DNA from: Planctomycetota bacterium
GTDB lineage: Bacteria; Planctomycetota; B15-G4; JADJEK01
Direction of reading: 5' to 3'
Length of the DNA stretch: 64,000 nucleotides
Assembly (NCBI GenBank): GCA_044225365.1
Contig: JBGAIQ010000009.1
Span: 1-64,000, forward strand
Part shown: positions 9,959 through 20,210 of the stretch, piece after piece
How positions within the stretch are numbered: the stretch's first letter is position 1
How the letters are laid out: each line of letters starts with the position of its first letter
Notes under the pieces: model-generated
Seen by the model: only the letters and a program-made list of their open reading frames with translations
What the model was told of the DNA's origin: nothing
The model's database searches: none
Translations under genes and position numbers: made by a program

Positions 9959-10069
9959 GGCGAGTCTCCTCGTTCTGGGTACGTGGATGTCGACACGTGG
10001 AGACGGAACCCGCGTCGGCGAGTCCGTCGGATCCACGGACTCACGGTATCGAACCCCCATCGCTTTCGA

Positions 10070-10432
10070 TCACGAACTCGAGGGCGGCGTCGCGGGTTCC
10101 CGCAAGCGCCGGATCGCGGCGACGAGGCCAAGGATCCACCCGATCGGATACGGCACGAGCAGAAGACCCCACGCGTTCGACCGCCCGCTCGCCCCGCCGA
10201 AGCCGCCGACGGAACTGAGACCCCACAGCGCACCGACTCCGATCGCGACGAGAACGAACGCGAGGGTCGCGAGGGCATGGAATCGGCTACCTCCGGCCCG
10301 GATTCCGAGCGCCGCGAGCCCCGCGCCCAGAAGGATCACGAGCGATCCCTCCATCGGGTCGAGCGCTCCCACGATCATCGCGGTCAGCCCGGTGATGAGT
10401 AAGCCGCGTGAACGACGGCGAATCGAGATCAT
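10070..10432 (-). CDS. small membrane hypothetical protein
   Basis: Several hydrophobic segments; GALDPMEGS, PYPIGW. Confidence 0.65.
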   Translation of the reverse strand: MISIRRRSRGLLITGLTAMIVGALDPMEGSLVILLGAGLAALGIRAGGSRFHALATLAFVLVAIGVGALWGLSSVGGFGGASGRSNAWGLLLVPYPIGWILGLVAAIRRLREPATPPSSS

Positions 10433-10521
10433 CGAGGAACTCTCATCTCTTGGGCGAGTTTCACCGAATCGAACGGAACGATTCGACTCCAAGCAACCTT
10501 TCGGCCAGAGGACTCGATCGG

Positions 10522-11793
10522 TTACTTCCGATTCTCGAACCACGAAACGGATCCGGTCGCGCTCGAGATCGTGACGACGTCGAGGCGACCGTCGCCGTTC
10601 AGATCGGCGACTGCGCACCCCGCGGCTCCCGCTCCGAACGAAAGTACGCTCGCCGCCCACGACTCGCGTTGGGCGTTCCTGGTGTCGAATCGGTAGAGAC
10701 GGACGCGGCGCGTGCCGCCCCGCTCCCCGGCGACGATCTCATCGTTGCCGTCGCCGTCGAAATCGCCCACCGCGAGCGCATGACCGTCCTCGAGCGAAAG
10801 GTCGATCACGTGACGAGTCCACCTCGTTCCCTCCTCGCCCGTCGAAATCGATTCACTCGCTCGATACACGACGACCTGATTCCCGTGCCACGGCTCGATG
10901 GTCGCCAAGAATCGCTCCTCGCCAAGCCTCCCGACTGCGACTTCGCTCGCACCGCACTTCGGCCAGTCGGCGGAATCGCCGGCGACGAGCTTCGTTCGCG
11001 TCCATCTCCCGTTCTCGAATCGATGGACATGGACGCCTTCGAAACTCGCGCTGAGGAGCGACTCCTTCCCGCACGCGGACGAGTTCGAGTCGTTCTTTGG
11101 GAATGGATCGGCAAGAATGCCGTGAACGACGCCTCGTTCGTCGGCCGTGATCGATTCGCGCTTCCACTCGCCGGGCCGATACATCACGATCGATACGTGA
11201 TCGCGAAATTCCGGCGCGACGGACTCCAACCCCACGAGCGGCGCGTTGACGAGCACCTTCATTCCCGAGCCGTCGAGGTCGAGGAATCGCAGCCGATGCG
11301 ACGTCGGCAATCGATCGATCTCGCGCACCGACCACGGCGCGGTCGGGTCGGAGCCATGCGTGAGGATCGACACGATGCCTGCGCTCTTCGGCGGCTCGAT
11401 CTCGAAGCCCTGCGCCAGCGCGATCTCCGGGATGCCGTCGCCATCGACGTCGCACGCCGCGGCGTTGATGGGCGACTCGAGGTCGCGGGCGAGGACGTGG
11501 CTCGTCCAGGTCGGATTCTCGAGCCACGAGAGTTCGTGCAGATCGCTCGCGAGCGCGAGGACGTCCAACTTGCCGTCGCGATTCAAATCGACGGCCAGGA
11601 CTTGGTACCCGCCGGTGAGGCCCGTCGCGAGCGTGTGCTCGATGAAAGTCGGCGGCGCCGCTCTTCGTTCATCCTCCGTCGAGGAACTGCAAGCCATCGC
11701 GTTCAGAACGCAAGACACGGCCGACACGCCTTGGACCCACCCCACGAGGTCGCGACGAGTTCGGCGTCGATCGGCTGCGTCCGTTGGACTCAT
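10522..11793 (-). CDS. FG-GAP/VCBS repeat beta-propeller lipoprotein (aldos-2-ulose dehydratase-like)
   Basis: DLNRDGKLD, DVDGDG, DFDGDG repeats; TIEPWHGNQV. Confidence 0.85.
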   Translation of the reverse strand: MSPTDAADRRRTRRDLVGWVQGVSAVSCVLNAMACSSSTEDERRAAPPTFIEHTLATGLTGGYQVLAVDLNRDGKLDVLALASDLHELSWLENPTWTSHVLARDLESPINAAACDVDGDGIPEIALAQGFEIEPPKSAGIVSILTHGSDPTAPWSVREIDRLPTSHRLRFLDLDGSGMKVLVNAPLVGLESVAPEFRDHVSIVMYRPGEWKRESITADERGVVHGILADPFPKNDSNSSACGKESLLSASFEGVHVHRFENGRWTRTKLVAGDSADWPKCGASEVAVGRLGEERFLATIEPWHGNQVVVYRASESISTGEEGTRWTRHVIDLSLEDGHALAVGDFDGDGNDEIVAGERGGTRRVRLYRFDTRNAQRESWAASVLSFGAGAAGCAVADLNGDGRLDVVTISSATGSVSWFENRK

Positions 11794-12590
11794 GCTCTTT
11801 GAGACCCTGAAGGTTTCGAATCATCCCGCGGAGGCTCGAATCGTTCCTCCGACCACGGCGGATGCCCGTCGCTGCATAGGTAATCGGCGATCCTGCGAGC
11901 CGGCATCGCGGGAGGAATCAAAGCCCCGGCGGCGGCCCAGTCCTTGAATCTCTGCACGTCCGGAAACGTCTCGACCGAACTCGAGCGCGCCGCGGTCTGC
12001 ATCGGCGTATCCACGATCCCGGGCTCGAGGGAGAGGATGCTCGCGTCCCGACCGCCCACGGCAGGCCTCGCAGCGGATTCGAGTTCCGCTGCGGCGATCA
12101 TCCCGGCCATCCGCAGCGCCGCCTTCGACGACGCGTACGCGCACATCCCGGGGATCGGCCTCGAGGCGGCTCCTGTGGAGACGTTGACGATTCGCAGCGA
12201 AAGGTCGCTCCTCACCTCGCGAAGGAACCAACCCATGAGCTGGATGGGCGCCGCCACGTTGACCTCGTAGATGCCGCGAAGCACGGCGGGATCGAGTCTC
12301 GCGACCGTTCCCACGAGCGCGACGTTCGCAGCGTTGTTCACGAGCCCAACTCGCTTCAATGCGGGCGCAGCGAGCCGCGGACGCAGGGTCGTTTCGAGGC
12401 ACGCCGCGAGCGCGGCGGAATCGGCGACATCGACGCGAACGTGGGTGTAGCCGTCGCGGACGAACGAGCCCTCTCGTCGCGCGATCCCGACGACTCGCCA
12501 TCCACGGTCGAGCAGGTCCGCGGCGAGCGCTGCGCCGATTCCCGAACTCGTGCCGGTGACGAGAGCGAGCGAATGTTGCGGTGACGTCAC
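11790..12590 (-). CDS. SDR oxidoreductase (benzil reductase-like)
   Basis: TGTSSGIG, NNA, YASSK, PGIVDTPMQ. Confidence 0.9.
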   Translation of the reverse strand: MTSPQHSLALVTGTSSGIGAALAADLLDRGWRVVGIARREGSFVRDGYTHVRVDVADSAALAACLETTLRPRLAAPALKRVGLVNNAANVALVGTVARLDPAVLRGIYEVNVAAPIQLMGWFLREVRSDLSLRIVNVSTGAASRPIPGMCAYASSKAALRMAGMIAAAELESAARPAVGGRDASILSLEPGIVDTPMQTAARSSSVETFPDVQRFKDWAAAGALIPPAMPARRIADYLCSDGHPPWSEERFEPPRDDSKPSGSQRA

Positions 12591-12777
12591 GAGACCTCCG
12601 GGGTCGACTCGAGCGGCGGCGACGCACTCTACCCTGTGAAGGCACTTCTTCGCGCGAACCGAGATTCGGAGTCGTTATTCTCGTGTTCCCATCTCTGCCC
12701 GGGAGGACCCTGCCATCGCGATCCGCCTCACCGCGCCCTTCCTTCAGATCTTCTGCGCGCTCTTCCTACAACTGGCG

Positions 12778-13413
12778 GTGCTCGCGCTCGCGCCTCCATC
12801 ATGGGTGCAGCAGGGAAGCAATCTCGGCTTCACGCTCTGGATGGCGGCGTCCCTCTTCCAACTCACGCACGAGAAGCGTCACTTCCTCGCGATCGTGATC
12901 CTGGGATGGACGCCCGCGCTCCTCGATCTCCTCGTACCGCAAGGGGCGACCCCCATTTCGCTAGAGATCGGTAAGCAGATCTTCTGGGCGGCCCTCCCCC
13001 TCCTGCTCAGCGTGCTGCTCCTGCGGCCCCTCCTTACGGCGCGCGTCGCAACGCGCAATGAGTTCGCCGGCGCGCTCGCGATCTACATCCTCATCGGGAT
13101 CGGCTTCGCGAACATCTACGAGATCTACTTCGATCTGAATCCTGCGACGATCAGTTTCGCGCACACGGCGCTCGGCGACGCGCCGGTCTTCACCGACTTC
13201 CTCTACTTCAGCTTCGTGACCCTCGCGACGCTCGGCTACGGCGACGTGTCCCCGGTGAGTCCGGTCGCGCGACTCACGTCCGTCCTCGAGGCCGTCGTCG
13301 GCCTCCTCTACGTCGCGATCCTGGTCGGCCGCATGGTGGGTCTCGGGCTCGCCAACGCGCCGCCGGAACCGGGGTCCGCGCAACGCCGCAACGACTCACC
13401 CGACGCGCACTGA
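12778..13413 (+). CDS. potassium channel (Ion_trans_2) family protein; 5' end possibly frameshifted
   Basis: Pore motif YFSFVTLATLGYGDVSP. Confidence 0.85.
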   Translation: MLALAPPSWVQQGSNLGFTLWMAASLFQLTHEKRHFLAIVILGWTPALLDLLVPQGATPISLEIGKQIFWAALPLLLSVLLLRPLLTARVATRNEFAGALAIYILIGIGFANIYEIYFDLNPATISFAHTALGDAPVFTDFLYFSFVTLATLGYGDVSPVSPVARLTSVLEAVVGLLYVAILVGRMVGLGLANAPPEPGSAQRRNDSPDAH

Positions 13414-13421
13414 GAGCGTCG

Positions 13422-14462
13422 TCAGCCCGAGAAACGGCGGATGTCGAAATCGAGGTCGCCGACGATCGGGAGATCGGACCGTTCGTCGTCGAAGGCCACC
13501 GCCGCGATACGCCAACCCTTTGGCGTGCGAATGAACTGGAACACCTTCGCTCCGCGCGTTCGAAACGGAACGCCCATCGAGTTGCCCGACTTCTCGTACA
13601 CGCAGATTCGTTGCGCGATGTTCCCGATGCACTCCGTGCGGTGCGAGAGTTCGGTCTCGTGGAACTCCGTGAGCGTGCCGTCGGCCAGCAAGGCTTCGCG
13701 CGGCGCGATGAACTCTTCGAGCGACTGGATCTGGGGGGAGCTCGCGACGCACTTCGAGAACACGGCTTCCGAAACGCAGAGATCGGAGAGATCGCGGAGG
13801 TTCGGCCTTCGCCCGCCGCGATTCGAGAACAGCGCGAAGAACTCCGTCACGATGCTTCCGATCTCGAATTCATCGTGGGCCCGCCCTTGGTTCGCCGGCG
13901 AGCACGAGGTTGGATCGTTCCGAGAGCGGGCTACGCGCCGGATCAGCACGATTCCGCCGACGAAGCCCGCGAGGTAGCTCGCCGAGTGCGCCCACAGATC
14001 GGTGATGAATGCGACGTGCCGATCGACCGGCACGCTCGACGCCAGCGGCTCGCCGAGGTCGACGAGTCCGGCGCGCGCGAGCGCGAACCCGATCAGGCCC
14101 GCGAGGGCCGCGACGACCCCCATCGAACCAAGGAGCCCGAGGATCGGTTTCGAGAGGGACGACGCGGACCGTTGCGACGCTCGAGGCCGATCCCCTCGGC
14201 CCTTCGCGAGCGCTGCGAAGGCCAGAGGAACTCCGAACAGAAGTCCCACCCACCACGTCGCGACGATGCCCCAGCCCAACGCGAGCAGCAATGGGGATTC
14301 GGTCGCGAACAGCTTCGGATGACCGATCGTGAAGTACTCGACGCAGAGGTGCGCCGTGACGAGGTCGTGAACCACGCCGTAGCCGATGGCGGCGAGGATG
14401 CAGAAGGCGACGATCTTCACGGCCTCGAGGAACCCCATGCGCGAGCCGGCGGCCGATCTCAT
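13422..14462 (-). CDS. membrane hypothetical domain fused to a C-terminal NTF2-like (DUF4440-like) domain
   Basis: N-half TM-rich (EYFTIGHP, ATWWVG); C-half EFHETE..GNIAQR..QFIRTPKGWRI. Confidence 0.75.
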   Translation of the reverse strand: MRSAAGSRMGFLEAVKIVAFCILAAIGYGVVHDLVTAHLCVEYFTIGHPKLFATESPLLLALGWGIVATWWVGLLFGVPLAFAALAKGRGDRPRASQRSASSLSKPILGLLGSMGVVAALAGLIGFALARAGLVDLGEPLASSVPVDRHVAFITDLWAHSASYLAGFVGGIVLIRRVARSRNDPTSCSPANQGRAHDEFEIGSIVTEFFALFSNRGGRRPNLRDLSDLCVSEAVFSKCVASSPQIQSLEEFIAPREALLADGTLTEFHETELSHRTECIGNIAQRICVYEKSGNSMGVPFRTRGAKVFQFIRTPKGWRIAAVAFDDERSDLPIVGDLDFDIRRFSG

Positions 14463-15670
14463 TTCACGCTCGTCGCAGGGACGAGCACATCGGCGAACGC
14501 CACGCCGATCGGCGCGAGGATCTTCGCCGCGCCGAGATAGTGATACGCCGCGTTCGAGATCCCCTGGCAGCGCTTCCGTTCCTCGGGTGTGAAGTGCTCC
14601 GCGATGGCTTTCTCGCGCGCCGCCGCCCTCGCCTCGTCCGTCGGTTTCGGATCGGTGTTCGCCGCTCGCTCCAGTTCCTCGTCGAGTCGCTCCATGCGTT
14701 GCTGCAGCGCTTCGAGATCGTCGTCCCAGAAGGGCGCGGTCGGAACGACGAAGACATTGCCTTCGAATTCCGAGAGCCGCGCGGGTGCACTCTGCGCTTC
14801 ACGAAAGTACTTCTGCGGCGCCTTCGCGCCCTCCTGCTCGCCGCCGATCCCCATGACTCCGATCACGAAGGGCATCTTCGGCGCCGCGAGATCCTTGCGG
14901 ACATCGCGAACGAGGTGCGCGAGGAGTTGCGCATAGAGATCGTAGCCGCCGGGCTTCCTGTTCTCGTGATACGTCCAGTCGTCGACCAGATCGTTGAACC
15001 CCTGGAACCACACGAATCCCGCCAATTCGTATCCCTGCTTCGGATCGTAGTCCGGTACCACTCGACCGATGTCGGAAAGCACGCTTCGAACGTGATCGAT
15101 CATGTGTCGGTAGTACACACCGCCGTTCTCCCGGATCTTCTGCGACTCCTTCTCGACGTCGAGTCCGCGCTTCTTCCACTCGCCCACGATGAAGTCGTCG
15201 AATTCCTCGGGCCCCGCACTGGGCGGGCGAAAATCGGTGTGCAGACTCCGTCCTCCCCACGCCGTCTTGATGAGGAGGATGGGCTCGCCGAGCTTCTTCT
15301 CCATCGTGATGCCGAAACTGAATTCGGGACCGATCTTGTTCTCGGGCGCACCGAAGCCGGCCGTCAGTCGGCCATGGGTCTCGGTCAGATCCGAATACGC
15401 ATCGCCGAGGCAGCCCACCGAAGAGATCCACACGCGCTCGCACACTCGCGGCTTCCCATCGGGACCGAGAAGTTCCTTCAAGAGCGGCGCCGTCTTGGCG
15501 TCCCCCGCCATGGAGTCGAGCGTCGAAATGCTGGCGTGACCCTGCATGTTCGATTGCCCGGCGAGGACGAAGACCTTCAGCGGTCTTCCCTCGGCTCTCG
15601 CGCCGCACACGACGATCGCGAAACACAGCCCGATGCCGAGGGCTCTCGACATTGCGTTCGATGGAGTCAT
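14459..15670 (-). CDS. sialate O-acetylesterase (SASA/SGNH) family protein, secreted
   Basis: VLAGQSNMQG, KTAWGG, WFQG, YHYLG. Confidence 0.9.
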   Translation of the reverse strand: MTPSNAMSRALGIGLCFAIVVCGARAEGRPLKVFVLAGQSNMQGHASISTLDSMAGDAKTAPLLKELLGPDGKPRVCERVWISSVGCLGDAYSDLTETHGRLTAGFGAPENKIGPEFSFGITMEKKLGEPILLIKTAWGGRSLHTDFRPPSAGPEEFDDFIVGEWKKRGLDVEKESQKIRENGGVYYRHMIDHVRSVLSDIGRVVPDYDPKQGYELAGFVWFQGFNDLVDDWTYHENRKPGGYDLYAQLLAHLVRDVRKDLAAPKMPFVIGVMGIGGEQEGAKAPQKYFREAQSAPARLSEFEGNVFVVPTAPFWDDDLEALQQRMERLDEELERAANTDPKPTDEARAAAREKAIAEHFTPEERKRCQGISNAAYHYLGAAKILAPIGVAFADVLVPATSVK

Positions 15671-15708
15671 GTACAAGCCTCGAAAAGGGCGGGTCGAACG
15701 TTCCGTGT

Positions 15709-16131
15709 TCACCAGAAGCGCCACCAGGGGGAGCGCTTCGTTTGTGACTCGCCCGGCGACGACACGGGGAGATCCGAATGGTGAATGCACTCTTGCTGTG
15801 GGTCGAAGACCGCAAGACCGTGTTTGCGAGCCAACTCGCGAATCAGACTCTCGACGTAGTCGGCTTTGGACCAGACGCACGAGACGATCACATGTCCCGG
15901 CGAGTGGTCGATCTCACAGCTCCATGGGCAGTAATCGTGGTCGTCGATCCGATCGTCCGGGACCGTATCGATCTCCGGATGTTTGGCGATCAGCTCCCGA
16001 TAGAACGCATCCACGGCCGCATGGGCCTGCGGTGGCGACGCCGTCCTCTCGCAGAGACCGCGGTAGATCTCGCCGGCATCTACGGCGTCGATGCGATCCT
16101 TCGAATGCCATATTCCAAGATCGAAGCTCAT
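15709..16131 (-). CDS. hypothetical, immunity-like protein
   Basis: MSFDLGIW start, LAVFDPQ, C-terminal PWWRFW. Confidence 0.75.
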   Translation of the reverse strand: MSFDLGIWHSKDRIDAVDAGEIYRGLCERTASPPQAHAAVDAFYRELIAKHPEIDTVPDDRIDDHDYCPWSCEIDHSPGHVIVSCVWSKADYVESLIRELARKHGLAVFDPQQECIHHSDLPVSSPGESQTKRSPWWRFW

Positions 16132-16171
16132 ATTCTCCCCGGTCCTGCTGCGCGAAGCCCCTGGGAGGAAA

Positions 16172-17659
16172 TCACGCCAGGATCCCTCGGATCACCTCGC
16201 CGTGCACGTCCGTCAGCCTCCGCTCGATGCCGTTGTGATACCACGAGAGTCGCTTGTGATCGAGCCCGAGCAGATGGAGGAGCGTGGCGTGGAGATCGTA
16301 GATCGTGGTCACGCCGTCGACTGCCTGCCAACCGAACTCGTCGGTCGCGCCATGGGTGAACGGCGTTTTCACGCCCGCGCCTGCGAGCCAGACCGTGAAG
16401 CCCTTCGGATTGTGATCGCGTCCGCTCGCGCCCTTCTGGAAGGTCGGCATCCGGCCGAACTCCGTCGTGAACAGCACGAGCGTGTCCTCGAGCAGGCCGC
16501 GTTGCTCGAGATCGTCGAGCAACGCCGCCGCGGGCTGATCGAGGATCGGCGCATGGACGGCGTACTGCTGCGCGAGGAATTTGTGTCCATCCCAATTCCC
16601 CACGCCCTCGCCCATCGCGTACGAGCCGTTGAAGAGTTGCACGAAGCGCACGCCGGATTCGAGCAGACGCCGCGCGAGCACGCAGTTCCGGGCAAACCCC
16701 GCTTTGTTCACGTTCGCATCGTCGCAACCGTAGGCGCGGCGCGTCGCCTCGCTCTCGCTCGTGAGATCGCCGATCGCGGCCGCCTTCAACTGCATCCGCG
16801 CCGCGAGCTCGAAGCTCGCGATCCGCGCGGCGAGTTCGCTGTCGCCGGGAAAGCGAAGCAAGCGCTCCTCGTCGAGCGCGCGCGTGAGTTCGCGCGCGGC
16901 CCGATCGGCGGGATCGGAGAGACTTGGCGGCGGCGTGAGATGATCGATCGGACGACTCGCCGAGAACGGTGTGCCCTGGAACACTGCGGGCAGGAAACCC
17001 GCGCCCCAGTGATTCCCCATCGACTGAGGCAGTCCACGCGGATCCGGGATCGCCACGAATGCGGGCAGGTCCTCGCACTCGCTGCCGAGCGCGTAGCTCA
17101 CCCACGCGCCCATGCCGGGGAAACCCTCGAGCGTGAATCCCGTACTCATCTGATTCTCGCCTGGACCGTGCGTGTTGCTCTTCGCCACCATTCCGTGGAG
17201 GAAGCACATGCGGTCGACGCGGGCCGCGAGATTCGGCAGCAGATCGGAAGCCCACTTGCCGCACTGCCCGCGCGGCGCGAACCTCCACGGGCTTCGAGTG
17301 AGATTGCCTTGCTCGCCCTGGAACGTGACGAGTCCGTCGCCGCCCGGCAAGGGCGTGCCGTCGCGACGCAACAGCTCGGGCTTCCAGTCGAACGTGTCGA
17401 CCTGGGAGAGTGCGCCCGAGCAATAGATGACGAGGACGCGCTTCGCCTTCGGAGTGTAATGCGGAGCTCGCGCGCGAAGCGGCGCCGACGGATCGATCAC
17501 GGGACGGATCGGTCGTTGATCGTCGAGGGGCGCAGCTCCGATCTCCTCGCGACCGCGGGCCCGCGCTTCGAGCAAGGAGAGGAGCGCGATCGACGCGAGT
17601 CCGCCGCTGCGAGCGAGGAAGCTCCTCCGGTCCAATGGGGCCATTGGGTCTCGCGTCAT
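16172..17659 (-). CDS. DUF1501 domain protein (Tat-exported)
   Basis: RRSFL; GALSQVDTFDWKP; TEFGRMP; GRDHNP. Confidence 0.95.
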   Translation of the reverse strand: MTRDPMAPLDRRSFLARSGGLASIALLSLLEARARGREEIGAAPLDDQRPIRPVIDPSAPLRARAPHYTPKAKRVLVIYCSGALSQVDTFDWKPELLRRDGTPLPGGDGLVTFQGEQGNLTRSPWRFAPRGQCGKWASDLLPNLAARVDRMCFLHGMVAKSNTHGPGENQMSTGFTLEGFPGMGAWVSYALGSECEDLPAFVAIPDPRGLPQSMGNHWGAGFLPAVFQGTPFSASRPIDHLTPPPSLSDPADRAARELTRALDEERLLRFPGDSELAARIASFELAARMQLKAAAIGDLTSESEATRRAYGCDDANVNKAGFARNCVLARRLLESGVRFVQLFNGSYAMGEGVGNWDGHKFLAQQYAVHAPILDQPAAALLDDLEQRGLLEDTLVLFTTEFGRMPTFQKGASGRDHNPKGFTVWLAGAGVKTPFTHGATDEFGWQAVDGVTTIYDLHATLLHLLGLDHKRLSWYHNGIERRLTDVHGEVIRGILA

Positions 17660-20139
17660 TCGATCCATAGGAACTCGCTCGCGTCGAGCAGCGCGCGACA
17701 CACGCTCTCGAGTCCATGCTCGCGCGCCACGATGATCGCGGCGGCGCGCTCCTTCTCACTCGGCGCCCGGAAGAAGAGGATCTCGAATGCACGTTCGATC
17801 TGGAGCGATGGATCGCCCGGCCGTTCGTGCTCCAGTCGATCCGCGAAGCGCCGCGCCATCTCGAGGACGAAAGGCGCGTGCGTCAGTGCGAGGGCTTGCA
17901 AAGGCGTGATCGCGCTGCCGCGCCGCGGACACGGCTGTCCCCCGTCGGGCAGATCGAAGGCGGCGAACGTCGGATCGGGATGCATGCGCACGCGCAGCAG
18001 GTAGATCGAGCGCCGGAAGTCGTCGGGAGTGAACTCGGTCTTCGGCTCGTAGACGCGCACGTAGTTCTCGTTCGGTGCGAACGGTGAGACGCTCGGGCCT
18101 CCCCGCTTCTCATCGAGGACGCCCGCCGCGGCGAGCATCGAGTCGCGGATCGCTTCACCGGCGAGTCGCCGCGGCGAGAATCGCCAGAGCCATCGATTCG
18201 TCGCGTCGATCGCGAGAGCCTCGGAGCGCGGCGCGCTCGATTGGCGGTACGTCGAGGCGAGCAGCATGCGGCGATGCATCGCCTTCAGGCTTCCGCCGCT
18301 CGCGATGAAATCCTGGGCGAGCGTGTCGAGCAGTTCGCGATGACTCGGTCGCACGCCCATCGCGCCGAAATCACTCGGCGTCGCGACGATCCCGCGACCG
18401 AAATGCTGCTGCCAGATGCGGTTCACGATCACGCGCGCCGGCAACGGATTCTTCGGCGAGACGATCCACTCCGCGAGAGCCCGGCGACGCCCGGGCTCGT
18501 CGAGCGATCCCGTCGAACCCGCACTTTCGAAGGGCGCATCGATGCTCGCGATCCCGCCCGGCTGGATCTCCTCGCGCGGCGTCATCGGATTGCCGCGTTC
18601 GAGCCGATAGGTCGGCTTCGGGGTTTGATCGAAGCGGCCGGCATAGACCGAAGGGCCATTGCCTTTGCGGGGGCGCCGATCCGCCGACGTCGCCACGACG
18701 CGCCAGGGTTCGCCCTCCGCCTGCGCCTCGATGCGATATCCCGTCGCAATGCGATCCTGGAAGGCGCCGGTCCGGTCGCGACCCCACACGACGGTGTCGA
18801 CGCGCGTCGGCGCCGGAAGCTCGATCTCGACGAAGCTCGCTTTGTCCGCGGGGATCCAACTGAAGTCGTTGCCGTATTTCCCGTCGTTGACGTGCTCGAG
18901 CGTGTGCCGGGGATTTCCCGCGTAGACGCTGGAGGCGCGCGCGACCGCGCCTTCCGTGGCGAGCGCGACGTTTCGCTTCGTGCGACCCACGTCCGTCGCG
19001 CTCTCGTCCGCCGCGAGGATCTCGAGTTCGTCGATGCAGGGCTCGGCATCGCTCGTCGCGGTGACCACGAACCGCATGCGCTTCACGACCATGGGAGAGA
19101 AGTGATCGATATTGCGGTCGGCGGCGACGGGCTCCCTCATTGCGTCCGCTCGATCCGGATCCCGAGCCGCTTTGTCGAAGGACCGCCACGCGCGACTGCC
19201 GAGCTGCACTCCTTCGAAGCACGCGCGCAACGAGTAGTAATCGTGTTGATCGATGGGATCGAACTTGTGGTCGTGGCACTTCGCGCACCCGACCGTGAGT
19301 CCGAGCAACGCCGCCGTGGTCGTCGCGACCATGCCGTGAAGCTCGTCGTCGCGTTGCGTCGCGGTCAACTCGGGATCGGGGCTCTTCACCTCGTCCCACG
19401 CGCCCGCGACGAGGAAGCCGGTCGCCGCGTCCTCACCGAGTTGGTCACCGACGAGCTGCGCGCGCACGAAGTCCGCGAACGGAATGTCGCGATTGAACGC
19501 GTCGATGACGAAATCGCGATAGGGCCAGGCGTCCTTGCGCGGTTGATTCATCTCGAAGCCGTTCGTCTCGGCGAACCGCACGAGGTCGAGCCAGTCGGAG
19601 GCGCAGCGTTCGCCGTATTGCGGCGACGCGAGCAAGCGGTCGACGAGCCTTGTGTAGACGCAGTCGCGCGCGGCATCGTCGCCGCAACGCGTGAACTCCG
19701 CAACGAACGCCGCGACCTCTTCCGGCGCGGGCGGCAGTCCTGTGACGTCGAGCGTGGCGCGACGAATCAATGTCCGCGCGTCGGCCTCCTTCGACGGCGT
19801 GAGTCCCGCGGCCGCGAGCCGCTCGGCGACGAAGGCGTCGATCGGGTCCCGAACGAAACCCGCGAATGCCGGCGACGGTGGCAATTCCGGCGGCCGGTGC
19901 GACCGTGGTGCTTCGAACGCCCAGGTCGCGGAGATCTCGCTCTCCGCCGTCACGCCCTGCGCCCGAGCAAGGCCTCCCATCGCGATCCCGCCGCCCACGA
20001 TGCTTGCGAGCGCGACGCGGGTCCATCGCGATCCGCGGCTGCGCGGCGCGAGCGACGGTGGCGAACGGTCATCGCAAGCAGGGAGCCGGCGCACGCGAAT
20101 ACCTATTGACGGGTCATCTCGAGGACCAGGGCGGGCCAC
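17656..20139 (-). CDS. DUF1549/DUF1553 (PSCyt2/PSD1) protein with an inserted discoidin-like domain
   Basis: LIRRATLDVTGLPP, CAKCHDHKFDP, VNRIWQQHFGRG; start uncertain. Confidence 0.92.
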   Translation of the reverse strand: MARPGPRDDPSIGIRVRRLPACDDRSPPSLAPRSRGSRWTRVALASIVGGGIAMGGLARAQGVTAESEISATWAFEAPRSHRPPELPPSPAFAGFVRDPIDAFVAERLAAAGLTPSKEADARTLIRRATLDVTGLPPAPEEVAAFVAEFTRCGDDAARDCVYTRLVDRLLASPQYGERCASDWLDLVRFAETNGFEMNQPRKDAWPYRDFVIDAFNRDIPFADFVRAQLVGDQLGEDAATGFLVAGAWDEVKSPDPELTATQRDDELHGMVATTTAALLGLTVGCAKCHDHKFDPIDQHDYYSLRACFEGVQLGSRAWRSFDKAARDPDRADAMREPVAADRNIDHFSPMVVKRMRFVVTATSDAEPCIDELEILAADESATDVGRTKRNVALATEGAVARASSVYAGNPRHTLEHVNDGKYGNDFSWIPADKASFVEIELPAPTRVDTVVWGRDRTGAFQDRIATGYRIEAQAEGEPWRVVATSADRRPRKGNGPSVYAGRFDQTPKPTYRLERGNPMTPREEIQPGGIASIDAPFESAGSTGSLDEPGRRRALAEWIVSPKNPLPARVIVNRIWQQHFGRGIVATPSDFGAMGVRPSHRELLDTLAQDFIASGGSLKAMHRRMLLASTYRQSSAPRSEALAIDATNRWLWRFSPRRLAGEAIRDSMLAAAGVLDEKRGGPSVSPFAPNENYVRVYEPKTEFTPDDFRRSIYLLRVRMHPDPTFAAFDLPDGGQPCPRRGSAITPLQALALTHAPFVLEMARRFADRLEHERPGDPSLQIERAFEILFFRAPSEKERAAAIIVAREHGLESVCRALLDASEFLWIE

Positions 20140-20210
20140 GGTTCCGACTCACGTTCGGACCGCGGTTCAGGTAGGAAGGGTACCATTTCGTCGATGACGA
20201 GGAGCGGACG

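Noticed and set aside
16091-20109. Long plus-strand ORFs (637 and 622 aa) and other Arg-rich ORFs throughout the track
   Set aside because: Antisense or off-frame shadows of recognisable genes in high-GC DNA
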